Part shown: one piece after another, positions 25,511 through 39,800 of the stretch
How the letters are laid out: every line of letters starts with the position of its first letter
Numbering within the stretch: the stretch's first letter is position 1
Assembly (NCBI RefSeq): GCF_030684315.1
Contig: NC_081395.1
Span: 14,149,542-14,213,541, forward strand
Source: Stegostoma tigrinum
Taxonomy: Eukaryota
Length of the DNA: 64,000 nt
Direction: 5' to 3'
Translations under genes and position numbers: made by a program
The notes under the pieces: generated by a model
Seen by the model: the letters and a program-made list of their open reading frames with translations, nothing else
What the model was told of the DNA's origin: nothing
Databases searched by the model: none

Positions 25511-28298
25511 AATCAATGAAACAATTTCTTTCAATCATGAACAGCTCAATTAACTCCCTCATCACCACCGCACCACCGCCGCCCACCCCCCCCCCCCACA
25601 ACAACCGCCCCGCCTGAAGTACCTCTGACAACATTTTCAATGGAGAGAAACATTTACCTGAATTAGCTTATTTCCAGGTCTAGTGTTCAACTGTCCAAAA
25701 GCCAATCTTTCGAATTCAGACAAACACAAATTAGAAAGAAAAGCTGAAGCTCTTTTACTGAGGATTTCTCAGAGTAACTTCAAAATCTTTCTTCCTGCAA
25801 TTGTGAAAGTGATTTATTTTTATTTCCATTTCTGTCAAACAAATGAAGGCCATTTAGATCTCGGCGTCAATATTCTGCACATCAACAATCTCTCTACAAT
25901 TGATTCCACTTCATGTTGCAGCAACAAATCATTGGGCCTGTTTTCAGGGCTACACACAAACCTGAAACAAACAGGCACCGCATTGCCCCCTTCAAAGCAG
26001 AAGCACAGGAAAAGATAAGTTGAATCCAGTGTACTTCCACTTCCCTCCAAAGGTGGGCGGGGATGGTAAATTGTTCCCTCCTGCTCCCTTCTGCATAGCA
26101 TCAGGAAAGTTCATCAATTAGCTCATTGCACTTCCACTTCACCAACGAAGAAGGAGACTAACAATTCGAAGGGGAATTGTTAATCAACGTATTTCACAAT
26201 GCCCGAGCGAAGAGATGGCTAAAGGGCAACTATTAACTCAAAAGAAAGCTTCAAATGTAACTGTTTTCTATTATATGCTGACAAAGCACACAGGTCAGCT
26301 TGCAGCTTCCCGTCAAAAAGCTTACATTTCCAGCATGGTTGTCGTCCTGTGTTTACTAATCTTAATCAACATTATTGTTAAAAATGTATATTTTGCGCTC
26401 AAACTCCTGAAGATAAAATCAGGCGAATTAGTTACATCCTTACGTGTGTCCCCCGCCCCTCCCTTTCATCACGGTCCTGTAACAAAGCTCTCTGAGACAC
26501 ATTGGTTGAGTTGGTGGATTTGTGTTCCTGATGTCACCTTGCAACTTACAGAAAGCACTTTGGATTCAGGAAGGTGATTCTTGTGTCATTCACTCGATCA
26601 GAAATTGATTCGATTACTGGCACTTTATGAAAATTGGAACAATAATATCAACGAACCGAAACAAAACGCATACTTAACTGATGTCACACACCCATTCACA
26701 AATTGATGGAAAGACAGGCAAATAACAAATTCACGCTAGTAAACACAAATACAAACTTTTAACATACGCAATAGGACAGTCTCACAAATACAGAAACAAA
26801 GGTTATGGTAAACATTAAGCCAACACATCAGTTGATATAAATAAAGGGAAGGTAAAGGCACCATGATCCTGGAGAATCACATGCTTTTGACAGACAAACA
26901 CGACCGGTTGTATCTCGGTTGAAGATTTAGTTGGCGCAAGACTTGAAATCATGTTGCTGGTATAGTTCTGGAAAACAAGCTAGCTGTCTGGCCAATTGAA
27001 TTAACCAATCCCAGTAAACATAAGCAGACAAGTAGAGAAGCACATATGCAGACTGAAAAAAAGACAAAATAACAGAAATAAGTTATGGACGTCTAGCAAA
27101 AAGGCAAAAGAAAAAGTCGAAATACCCGACAGCTCATTAAAAATCTGCGTCTCTGGCAGATGTAATGTTGAGGACTGATGTCATGTTGAGTATTTGCAAC
27201 ATTTCCGTTTTAATAAACAAAATCAAACACTGGATTACAAATACAGAGATAAACAGAAGCAAAAATTCGAGGACAAATATAGAAAGAAAATCGCATCAAT
27301 GCACTGTCAAATGCACTGAACAAATGAACGCACACGGATTGTAGACAAAGGTATTAGAATATAAAAGCAATATAAACGCACTTCACCCAAAATCTAACAT
27401 GTTTTAACAGAGAAATGTAAGCTAACTGAATCAAATACTTTCACGAGAACGCAGACAGGAATAGTCTGACAGACATATAGATCAGAAAAGAAACATAAAC
27501 AGCCATATTAGTGGGCATGGATGCAAACACAAATTAACACAGAGTTTGGTGCAAAAACAGTCATCAAAATATAATCAGACGCGTTTACAAGCTCATACTT
27601 TCAAGATGATAGAAATATCAAAGTACACACATGTAAAGAGAAGACACAGGAATGCAATCATCAGCATTCAGTGACACATGATAAATGTGCGCATTATGAA
27701 GCAGCCACGCGATTAACAAAAAGTGGGCGAAGCTCATACACATATGCAAATCGTGATCCACCATAAAAGTAATCAGGATATATTAGAATGTGTAACTCAA
27801 ATTTGCTATTTGGAACATATGACCATCCAATAATTCCCTCATATATATGGACGGTGTAACGTATCAATTTTTCTATGTAAGAACTGATCTAAACCAGTGA
27901 ATGATTCCTCAATAACTAATAATGATCACACATAGCTTTTAGGCAGTGACGATAATAATTTGAAATTAAGTAGCTGTCTAGTAAAACAAGGCGTTACCAT
28001 AGATCAGTAAACTTCCTCAACACTTCTCAAATTAATTGTCTGAAATTGGTCAACAATGAACTGACATTGAAGACAAACTAATATGTTCCCAGAATGGGTA
28101 GAATGAAGAACATGAAGGAAGATCGGTTGTGGAAATAATAACATAGATTTTGTTTCAGCCAGAGATTAATCAGTATTAATACACAATTCAAAATAAATTA
28201 GAGCACAATCTTTAACGGAGCGAGAATAGAATTTCATAAGTACAATAGTCTGGAAAAATTAACAAACTGACTATATTATTTTGGCTGTATTCCGGTAG

Positions 28299-28426
28299 AT
28301 TCCACAGACCACGTCTGGATTGAAGATTACCAGGATATAAATAGCAACACCTGGACAACTGCATCCATGTTCATCACCCTGTTCCTCCTGAGTATTTTCT
28401 ACAGCGCTGCTGTCACTCTAGCGAAG
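28299..28426 (+). CDS. IGHM: IgM transmembrane exon TM1
   Basis: [43 protein letters not shown] with the conserved antigen-receptor TM residues; AG acceptor and GT donor. Confidence 0.92.
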
Positions 28427-28554
28427 GTAAAACGATTCAGTCCGCGTACTCTTCAAAACGACAGAAACCATTGAAAATACCCTGAATATTTATTTGATTA
28501 AAAGCTAACATAATCCAGGAATCCAGGATCATAAACACCATTTTCCTTTTACAG

Positions 28555-28563
28555 GTCAGATGA
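28555..28563 (+). CDS. IGHM: IgM exon TM2 (V-R-stop)
   Basis: ttttacAG|GTC AGA TGA gives a K-V-R cytoplasmic tail; AATAAA at 28953-28958. Confidence 0.85.
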   Translation, partial: VR

Positions 28564-29039
28564 TCTGTTGAATATCCGACTTGCTGGATTTCATTCAAGC
28601 ATTAATTCCTCTACATGACGAATTTAAAATGAATTATCTTCTCCTTTAAAAAATAACTGTTTTATTCAGTTCATTATTTCACACCTCTCGCTGAGACAAG
28701 TGTGGAAACTACGTCCGTATTTTCATTTGAATAGTTTGAGATAATGAATAAGTTTCTTATTCCACTTGAATGAGAATTCCATTTAAAAGTAATATTTCTT
28801 GTTCTTTATTCAGAATTTTACTTTCCCGCTTGCAGAGTCATTTCTTCTTTCTTGCTTGTGTTTGTTTCAGTTGTACAAATAATTGGCAGCTGAGCCGATA
28901 TGCGCTTCATTTTCACTGTGATGCTCGTTCTATTCACTCCTGTTAACTTTAAAATAAACAATGTGAAATGCCATTCTGGAAATGTTAGTCAATCTTTAAT
29001 GGATGTGAACAAAATATGGCTTTGCTGAACTTATTCTCC

Positions 29040-29800
29040 AAGACCAAGCAACCTGTCAAGGCAGGTCATGTCTGACAATACATGGTTTGTGGTCTAACTT
29101 TTAGAGGAATGCAGACAAAGTGGAACCTTGGGGTTGAAGTGCACAATTTATTGAACATGGCCAGGCAAGTTGCAATAGTTGTTAAGGAAATTTGTAGGAT
29201 CCTTGGATTCCTAAACAGAGGCGTAGCGTATAAAATACAAGGAAGGGATGCGGCGCTGAAAATTATTGTCCAGACCGCATCGGAGTACTGTTTTCTGTTC
29301 TGGGCAACTTATTAAAGGAAGGATGTTAAAGTCCTGGAAAGAGTGCAAAGGCAATTTAATAGAGTGATATTAAGAATAAGTGAATTTAAGTCGAAAGAAA
29401 GATTAGAGAAATTGGGTTTATTCCCCTTCAAGCACATAGGTTTAAAAGGTAAATTATCGCGATGTTCAAAATTATTCACAATTTTCTCAGGGTAAAGAAT
29501 CATATTCTGTTTACACGAGTTTACACGTCAATAACCTGGTGTGACATTTTCAAGATTGTCAGCATGAGATCTGGGAGTGAGTAAAAGAGAATTTGGAATT
29601 AGTATCGGGGGCGAAGATGGAAGATTTGTGGAGGCAGATTCTGGACGTTTCAAAAAGAGTTGAATATATATAAAGACTTTATAGGGCTATCGAAATGCAA
29701 CTGGTGAATGTGACTAGCTGGGTAGCTCTTTCCAGCGCCAATACGGGTATGATGAATTGAATCGCCTCCTTTTGCACTGAAAAAATCCATGATTGTTTGC
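29040..29800 (+). mobile_element. CR1 LINE 3' fragment, degenerate
   Basis: NLGVEVHNLL...ILGFLNRGVAYK...EYCFLFWA. Confidence 0.7.
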
Positions 29801-30489
29801 TGAGTTGAAAAGTGAGGAGTTTCCTTAAAGTTTACGTTTAACGCCACTGAAAGAGTGCAGTTAGCCGACAAAACTGTCAGCATGGGGAATTAGAAATGTA
29901 GTACCAACAATTTGTGGATATTGAGGACCAAATGGACATTTTAAAGCTGGATGCTAAACCGTTGTTAAGAACGTCAAAGCATATAGGATAAGGTTCAGTG
30001 CTGATCGATGTGAATGGTTGAGCAGGTTAAAGGGCTGATGTAGGTGACAATAATTAATAAAAAAATCTTCTCTTGAAACAGGTGGTGAAGTCTCTGGATT
30101 CCAGGTACCTAGAGACAGGATTCCAGCCTCCGCTCATTATTTCCCCCAGCCTTTACTTGAGTCGTGTTCCAGAGTACTGCTGCACTCTCGGGCCAGGGCG
30201 AGACTTCAATCCCAGGGCAGTCCCACTTTCTCTGTCTGGCGCTAGCTCAAGGAATATGAGAGAGGAACATAATTTGCAAAACTTCCTGGCTTCATTTTCT
30301 TCCAAGTCATGCAGTTTGATTTGATACAGCACCGATTTCCTTTTAACTTTCACACTGACTGAAATATCCTCCTCTGAAGTAAAAGACCTCTAATTCCCCT
30401 AGGAGGTACAGAGAAGTGTGAAAGTCTGGATCTGGAATTAGTGGTACATCTGCTGAGGAGAACATTCTAGGTATTTTAGAGGAACCTGC

Positions 30490-30752
30490 TGTTATAGAAA
30501 CCCTACAGTGCAGAAGGAAACCTTTCAGCCCAACAGGCCCGCACTGAACGCTCCCCACCGCCACCACCCCACCACCCCAGGAGAACATCCCACTCTATCT
30601 CCATACATTCTACTTTTACGACAGTTCATGCACCGAAATTGCTTGCCTTTGGACCGCGGGACGAAACTAGAACGCGCAGAGGAACACAGACATAGGGAAA
30701 ATGTGAAAACTCCATAAAGACAGTAGTGCTAGCCACTGAGCCATTGTGCTGT
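30490..30752 (-). mobile_element. Degenerate tRNA-derived SINE (same family)
   Basis: Reverse complement of the head (gtgctagccactgagcca) and of the tail (ccctacagtgcagaaggaaacctttcagccc). Confidence 0.65.
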
Positions 30753-33219
30753 CCTATTTTAAGTCTATGCACACACTGTCTGTTTACGATCGCTAAGGCA
30801 GGAAGAAATGAACGTGAGTCTATCAGTCAGTTTGAATCAGCTCCTTCGGGAGATTGGGTAGGACGTATATGTGGTAAAGCAAAGTGAGAATGATGGGAGG
30901 GCTTGAGTGATAAAACCAACTGAAATAAGAACAGGATGAAACTCCTCAAGAATACTCCACCATTGAATATGATCATGGCTGATCAGATATTCCTCACACC
31001 CACTACCCTGCCCTTTCCTCATACTCTTGATTTCTCTACCGATCAATCTATCTCAAGTATTGAAACTATCTCAACCTTAAATATTTGCCCCCACGGCTCT
31101 CTGTGGTACGGAATTCAAACGACTCACAACCTCTGAGAGAAAATAAAATGCTCATGTCTCACTCTTAAACTTGTTCTGAGACTATGCCGGTTGGTCGATA
31201 ATTATCATCCCTGAGCCCATTCTATCCAGTGTCCTGGAATTTTACACACTTAGAATGCAAAATCAAAGCCAATGGGATTGTAGTAATATACTGTTAAGTA
31301 ATGGAAATTGCTTAGCAGAGAGGAAACGGGTAGTAGGAATAAATGAGGCTTCTTTTGGGACAGAAAATGCAAATAAGTGCGGTGTCATAAGCGACAGTGC
31401 TTGTACGCCAGGGTTCACAAAACGGGTCAGCGAGATTTACAAAACAGAAGTCATCTGAATTGATGCACGAGACAGAAAAAGGAACTGGCTCTAGTAATTT
31501 ATTGCCTTAATTTATTTAATGCTGAATCTTTGCTGTAGATTGAGTTCTAAAGGATTACAAACCACTGGGACAAATTATCTGAAATTTGAGAAAAAAACTC
31601 AGGTAATGAATAGCCCAGCAGAAGAGAAATGACATCTCATGTTGCTGTTGGCCAACATTGCGAAAGAGCTGCGGATAGGTTGGGCCAGCATTAGAATATT
31701 GCATTATTTTGTATTAAAGACCAAGGCATTCCCAAATTTCCCTATAGCTTGGCTGAACTGTGATTGTCTCTAGAGAGATTGTTGACCAAATTCATTCATC
31801 TAGAAACGCAGTTTTAATAAAGAAAAGAGCAATTGAGCCATTTGTCGTCTACGAAGTAGTGAACAGGTGCAGGAGAAAAAAAAATCTATTTCTGGGCTGT
31901 GTAAAAGAAACTTAAATGTACTATTCCTAATCCTTTAGTAGGGGCTCTAATTCACACTAAACAGAAGTCATTGGCAGTATGATGGTTGACCTTCTTTTTG
32001 CAAACTGAGATGCAGCATATTTGTTCATGTACTTTGTGTTTGGAATAAAGCTGAATTGAAGTCGTAACTTATCCAATGAGCAATTCCAAAAAAAAAGTCA
32101 CTTATCTCATAGATAACCATACGATGGACAAAGTGTCTGTCTGATAATATGGATTGTATTTCATGAAATTGCATTGCTTGCAGAGAACGTTAACGAGTAT
32201 ACATTGTTTGTGTTGAATGAGGAAAGGATTATGCAAAGGCGATTAACTGATGGAATCACCAAGAATAACTGCTTGAGGCAGACGCACAGATTCTGAGATA
32301 GATGCAGTTTACCCAGGATTCCCTCACAATCATTCTAGACAAGGTGGCACAGTCTAAATTAAGGAATCCTTTTGAGAATGGAGGGATGCATTGCTAAGGT
32401 TGGATGGGCTCTTGTCAGCATGTATTCAGAATGCTGTGAGCAGTTTTGCCCTCCACCCCAACCCCATCTAAGAAAAGCTGGGCTGGCTTTGAAGGAGGTC
32501 CAGTGGAAGTTTACAATATGATTCTGGAGAGCAATGGCTTGTTATTTGAGGAACAGTTGAGAGTTCTGTGATTATACTCATTGAAGTTTAGAAGGTTGGG
32601 GTGGGATCTTGCTGAAATAGAATACTGAAAAACCTGGATAGAGTGGACGTGGAGAAGATGTTTTCATGAATAAGACAGTCTAAGACCTGGGGCACAGCCT
32701 CCTACTGAACTGGTGAGCCTGTAAAACTGAAATGAGCAGGAATTTCTTCAGACAGTGGGTGGTGAATCTAATGAACTCAAGGCCACAGTGGCAAGGTTGT
32801 TAAGTGCCTTTAAGGCAGAGATTGATTTTTGATTAGTAAGGAGAATCAAAGCTTATGGGAGATGATAGGGGAATGAGATTGGGAAAATATATCTCTCATG
32901 AAATAACAGTGCAAACCTAATGGGCGAATGGCATAACTATGCATCTATATCTTATGGCATAATTCGACCTTTCGGCGTTGAAATGGGAATTTATTTCCAT
33001 AGTACAGTAGCTCTCTTTCCTCCAAAGGGTTGAAAATTCTGGTATAATGTGCTTTATTACATGTGTTTAACAAAGGGACATGGAAGCAAGGTGGCCGGGT
33101 AATGAAATATGTGCACCTTTGAATGCAATAGGAATGACAGCCCTTAACCCATTTCTATAGAACACCATTTGATGTCGGAATAAATTGTAGAATTACTTGC
33201 AATGGTATGAATTTATTTA

Positions 33220-34680
33220 TACATTGTAGGAAGCTAGGAAAGAGACTGCTGAGGTCCTTTCTGAGATTTTACATCATTGACATCCAAGGTGAGGTGCCAG
33301 AAAACTGGAATGTGGTCACGTGCACTTCCCTGCCCTCTCCCCGTACTCTTGATTTGTTTAAGAATGCCGGTAAGGTAAAGCCAGGGAACTATAGAGCAGT
33401 GAGCCTGATGTCAGTAGTGGGTAAGTTGTTGGTGGTTATGCAAGGGGATAAGTTTTACATGCATTTTGAAAGCAAGGACTGATTATAGTCTTTGTGTGTA
33501 GGAAATTGTGTCCTTCCAACTGGATCAAGTATATTTTTAAGAGGTGGCAAAGAGGATTATTGAAAGTTGAGCAATGTCTATATAGGCTTCATTAAGGTGC
33601 TCAACAAGTTTACACATGGCAGACTGGATAACAAGGGTAGATCACATGGAATCTGGGGGAGACCAAGCCAATTGGCTACAAACATTGCTTGGAGATAGGA
33701 GACAGATAATGATGGTAGAGGGCTGTTTCTCAGAAGCCTGTGCCCCGAAGTGGGCTACAAGGATTGGTGCTGGGTCCACTGCTTTTTGTCATTTATATAA
33801 CTGATTTGGATCTGAATGTATGAAATATATTTAGCAGCGTTGCAAACTATACCAAAATTGTGGGTGTAGAGGACAGTGAAGGCGTTACCTCAGACTACAA
33901 TCGATCAGATGGGCCGTTGGACCAAAAAGTGGCAGATAGAGTTTAATTTAGATAAATATGAGGTATAGCATTTTGGTGAGGCAAATTAGGGAATGACTCT
34001 AGGGAGAGGCCATTCATTAACGGGTGGGCCTTGGCAAGTATTGCCGAGCAGAAATACTTAGGATTGCAAATTCATAGTTCCTTGACAGTGGAACTGCAGG
34101 TAGATAAGAAAGTGAAGAAGGTGTTTGACACATTTACGTTCTTGGTCAATGCATTGAGTTTAGAAGTAGGAATTTCATGTTTCGGCTGTGCAGGGAATTA
34201 GTGAGGGAACTTATAGAATACTGCATTCAGTTCTTGTTGCCCTTAAGTAGAAAGGATGCTGTTAAACTTGACAGGATGCAGAAATGATTTACAGCGACAG
34301 GCAGTGTAGTCTGGGGCATTTTTCTCTGGAGTGTCAGAAGGTGAGAGATTATTTGATGGACAGAAAATTATGAGGGCCCTGATCAGGTGAACAGCCAAGG
34401 TCTTGTTGCCAAGGTAGCAGCGTCCAAAACTACAGTGCATAGGCCTAAGATGACGGGACAATAGTTAAAAGACACCTGGGGCACTTCTTATCAGAAGAGT
34501 GGCGTGAATATGAAATGAGCTGCCAGAGATGGTGCTGGAGACATGGATATGAAAGAATTACAGGGATATGGGGCAAATGCTGGCAAATGGAATTATGTTA
34601 GTTGAGGATGTCTCGTGACTTGGGCAAGTTGGACTGAATGGTCCATTCCAGTTCTATATAACTCCATGACTTCATGATTT
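33220..34680 (+). mobile_element. CR1 LINE 3' part, degenerate
   Basis: KPGNYRAVSLMSVVGKLL and downstream RT remnants; ctccatgact tail. Confidence 0.8.
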
Positions 34681-35879
34681 GAGGATTGGGAATCGACTGC
34701 GATACTACTAAGTTTATTAATGATACAAAAAATGGGAGGACATAAAGATGGTTCAGACAATTTAGGAAAGTTCAGTGACTGGTAAATACCTGACAGATGC
34801 AGTGTGAAGTATGAGGCGATCCATTTTATGGTCAATTTATCAATCCATGTACCTTTTCAAATTAAACATCTCTGAATTATATCCTTTTACTTTAGGCACG
34901 TTCATTTGATCTCCATTGGAATCAGACTCATCACTGAAGTTTTGCCTTTCTGTAATCAGTCACTAAGAGAGGCTATCTGGCTCAGTTAAATTTGTCAGTT
35001 TTCATATTTTCTTTTCAAGGTGTTTGAAAATTAAATTTCCCCCTCTTTCTCTTTTCGCCTTTCAATTGCCAACTGCCTTAGCCCTAATTCACATTTCCTC
35101 TTTCTTACATTTTCCATTGTTCCTCTAATTTACTTCTTGGCAAATTTTAGGCAATTCTGCATAGGCACAACAAGTTCTGGATTCCCTCTGTTTAACTCTA
35201 TGTGTTGATGGTATCAAAGTATCTCATCTTCATGAGCACCTGCTTTTATTTTTACCCTCAGGTTGCCTGCTATCTGTCTCAATTGATCCCAAGTCAAAAA
35301 CTTCAGATCATTCACTTAGTGTTTTCTCCTCCCAGAAGGCATCTCAGCACTCAGAACCACTCGGAAAGTCCCATTCATGCAATAAATTTCACCACTTTAC
35401 ACCTGTTTTATTTCCAGCGCCTCCTTGCATGCATTTCTTAGAAACAGAGACAGATCCATCTTCAATTCTATGAATTCTAACTCCGGCAAGAGCCTACAAT
35501 TTGTTACACTCCCAGCTGAATTGAAGCACAGGGTGTGTGAAAAGGACACAACTTTGTTATGAAAAGAAAGTTTAACAGGAAAGGAGAGAATCAGCAGAGA
35601 CAACTGGTCAGATTGTCTCAATATTACGGCTAAAGAAGCTCCATGAGCTCCTAGAGCATCTTCACAGAAGTGATGACAGTGAAGACATCATTAACTAACT
35701 TGTACTCGAATTTATACATAGATTTAACATTGGATTTAAAAGACAGTTGATCTATTTGACTTACATTTAAAATAGTAATATCTTAAATGGAGATTTAATT
35801 TATTAACATCAGGAGGGAAAGGCCCGAATGAATATGGTTCAATCTTGGATATGATGAACAATAAAACCTAACAGCAGAG

Positions 35880-36610
35880 TTACTTGTAAAGTTGCTGGTG
35901 ACTCAACAGGTGAGAAGCCAAAACTCTCCCCACATAGTGTGAATTTACTGGTGTACAGTGGAGTCAGAAGGTTGCTTGAAGGCAAACCTTCAGTGGGAGC
36001 AGCCAGTCGGTCTGCTGTGGATGAAATATGAGTTCACACGAACAGTGATAACATGCCCTGCAGCCTGGATGTTTATAAGACCTCTCTGTGTGTTAATTAA
36101 CAATGTATCTGCAGTGCAATTGACTCAGAGAATCACTACCTGGGCTTAGTGCAAATGAATGGCCTCTCCCCAGAGTGAACTCGCTGGTAAGAGGCAAGTT
36201 TGGTTGTCTGAATAAATCCTTTCCTACATGTGGAGCAGATAAATGGCTCATTCCAGTGTGAATGTATTGATGGATTTCCATCCGGGGTGGGTAATTGATT
36301 CCCTTCCCACAGTCCATATATTTCTGCTTTTTCTCCATGGTGGGTCTATATTTCTATCTCCTGGGAGAAATGATGAGTTAGAACTAGTCTATGCACAGAC
36401 CGCATGTACAGTCTCTTTTTATTTGAATGGTGATTTTGTTTTTTTTTAAACTTAATTTTTTTAAGCTTCTTTCACAGTCTGTAAACTGGTACACTCATTA
36501 CGATGTGTCCGACTTGTTGCTTTTCCAGGTGCACTAATGTTTGTATTCTTTTCACAGCAGACAAATCAAACGCTTCTCCTACCATAATCAAAGATAGGCG
36601 ATTTTAAGAT
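35880..36610 (-). pseudogene. C2H2 zinc-finger gene remnant
   Basis: DCGKGINYPPRMEIHQYIHTG followed by frameshifted CSTCRKGF...RVHSGERPFICT fingers; stops and lost Cys residues; boundaries approximate. Confidence 0.7.
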
Positions 36611-36849
36611 TCTAATTAATTGAGTGACTCTGTCGAATTTTGACAGGACATTTTGCTAAGTTTACATATCTCTGTGATTCCATCCCCTGGAAAATAAGAT
36701 GACAGAAGTTAGTGAACTGATAGAACCTCAAAACAGACAATCTCAGTTTCTGTGAAAACAAAACAGAAAGATAAATGAAATCAAGTCCAGCTAGGGGAAA
36801 CTTAAACCTAGGCAGGTAGAGGATCAGGTACAAGTGGTTAGTTCTGAAA

Positions 36850-39800
36850 GATGGATGGAATTACAACAAAAAGATGAGATGATAAAGGAGTTATATCATA
36901 AAGCCTATGCGAGAAGGAATCTGAGTGTATTCCCGAATACTGTTACCTTAAGTTAAAATCTTAATGAGGACATGGAGACTTGGCTGGTTAGTGCAGATGG
37001 GTGGAAGTTCACCATATTACGTTGCCAGTAGAATACAGGCAGGAGGTATTGAATGTAACACATGAATGACTTGTAGGAGACCATCAAAAAGTGAGGAAGA
37101 AGCAGGCAAAGATACAGAACCATTTTTAATTGGCCTGGTTTACATAAAAATGTGATTGAAATTTGCTGCACCTGTCATTCATGTCAGATGGTAGGAAAGC
37201 CACAGGCAGTGATCAAACCAGCACGTTTGATATCATTTCTCGCAGTTGAAGAACCGTTTACATGGGTTATTGTTGATTGTGTGGCTACCCTCCCTAAAAC
37301 CAAATGTGGAATCAATATTTACTAACCATAATGGATGTATTTAACAGATTTCCTGAGGCAATTCCATTATGGAATGTGAGGGCAAAAATGTTGATGAGAA
37401 GGTGTTTGCTTTCTCTACCCATTATGCACTACGCGGGGAGATTCAGTCAGATGAAGAGTCCAATTTAATGCTAAATTATGTAAGGAGGTCATAGATAGTT
37501 TAGGCACCACCACTTTAAATAGAATGCGTACCATCCTGAATCTCAGGGAGCATTGGAAAGATGTCAGCAGATCCTAAAGACAATGTCGAGGGCTTATTTA
37601 CAGACTTGCCCAAATGATTGGGATAAAGGTGTCCCATTTATATTATTTGCTATTAGAGATGATCCAAATGAATTAACTCAGCTTATACCTTTTGAATTGA
37701 TATTCAGATACAAAGTAAGAGGGCCATTAAAATGATTTTAGGAAAAGTTAATAGGTTTAAAGCCAGCGATCTCACTGTTGGATTATACATCTGAGGTGAG
37801 AGAAAGATTAAGCAGAGTAGATGAACTAGCTAGACAACATTTGAAGGTAGTGCAGCACCACATGAAGCAAGAAGCTGAAAAAGAAATCTAGAAGTCGTAT
37901 ATTTTACCTTTGGGATAAAGTATTGGTGCTGTTACCAGTTGCAGGAGACCCCTTCAAAATAAGGTTAAGTTGTCCATATTAGATTGAAAAGAAGTCAGAT
38001 GAATTATATGGTAAAAATGCCAGATGAAAAAAAAACAAATTGCCGGGTATGTTATGGGAACATACTGAAACAGTACAATGACAAGGAAAGGGAGCAAGAG
38101 AAACAGGTATTAGTTTTTGCCATTCAGAATGAGGAATCAGATCCAGAGGACTGGGATTTTGATGTGCTTCAGAATAAATGAAATAATGACCAAGTCCTTA
38201 AGGAATGGCATAGGGCAGTGAGCTATCTGCCCCAGGAACAGAGAAAAGGAATGAAAAATTGTAACAGTGATATGAGGACCTGTGCAGAAATTGGATGGGT
38301 GGGCTAATTCCATAGCACATCAGGTCATGATGAAAATGCTGCCCCGATAAAACAACGTTCCCTACAGCTTAATCCTCTCAAAGCATGGCAGCTTGGAAGC
38401 AATGTTCCAAGAAGACAGGAGAGGCAAAGTGAGTGAAGTTCCCTGATCATTTGATGGTACTCAACAATTCTGCATAGATTACCAAAAGGACAACATTGTG
38501 ACAAAATTGGACTCATACTCAATTCCAAGGCTGGAGGATTGTGTGGAAAACGTAGGAAACCCTACTTACATCATAAAGTGGGGCTTATTTCGTGGTTAAT
38601 GGCAAGTACCTTTGTCAGAGACTAAAAGACGTTTTTGCTTTTGTAACCTCAAATGTGATATATCATTTTAAAGCAATGTCCTTTGAAATTAAAAATGCAC
38701 CAGTCACTTTTCAAAACCTTATGAACAGAGTTGTGGCAGGATTGACTAATTGTGCCATCTATACAGATGACTTAGTGATCATTAACCATTCATGGAATGA
38801 TCACATGGAGCATTTGGCACAGCTCTTTGAGACTATGAAAGGAAAAGTTGCTCATAAACCTGGCAGAAACAGAATTTGCGAAGGTGGAAATTACATTCTT
38901 GGGGCACACATGAGATACAGGTGGATGACATTGAGGAATGTGAAGTCAAAGGCCAAGAGGAATTTCCAAGACCATCCTCGAAGAAGGAAGTGCTACAATT
39001 TTTAGGATTGAGTTTATTCTACAGGAAGTTTGTACAAAATTTGGCAATGTAGTAAAGCCTTTGATGAATTTGTTTAAAAAAAGCATGAAATTTCAGTGCA
39101 CTGAACAATGTCAGGAGGCATTTGAGAATTTAAAAGCAGTGTAAACCACACAGGTTTTAGCCATGCCAATTCTTTGAAGTCTTTCAAAGTTGGCATTGAT
39201 GCAAGTGATGCAAATGTTGGAGCTGTGTTGCTGCAGGAGGATGATTATGAAATTGAAAGGCCAATCGGTTATTTCCCAAAAATAAAACTCAATATCCATC
39301 AGAAAAGATGCTCAAACATTGAAAAAGAGTTATTGAGTTTAGTAATGGCCTTACAACATTTAATGTTGACATTGCAAACAACGCATCAGAGACGATTGTG
39401 TATACCAAACACAATCCTTGACATTTCTGCAAAGATTTAAGCACTAAAATACAAGATTATTTCATTGGAGTTTTATGTTACCAGTATTCAATTTAAAGTT
39501 TGCACATTTTGTAGGTTGTGAAAATATTATCATGGATGTTTTAACGCAAGGTTAAAAGAAAAAAAAATGTTTATGTAAGATAGACATGGTAGTGTCCAAT
39601 GTTATGTATAAATGGAATTAGTTTAAAATTTGAAACTCTAGATTAATGAGCTATGGATCTAATTATATAATGGAGTTAATGTTTTAAATTTTTTTTTTAA
39701 ATCTTTCTTTTCGTAATGATGGTTCTTTTTTAGTAAAGCAGGTGTTGCAAGGTTGAGTAGAGTACTTATGGATTGGGAAGCAGAATGTCAGCATTTGGTG

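Noticed and set aside
11501-28563. IgNAR or conventional IgW locus
   Set aside because: The V has a full FR2/CDR2 and a WGQG J; there are four C exons with mu-specific motifs and a mu tailpiece.
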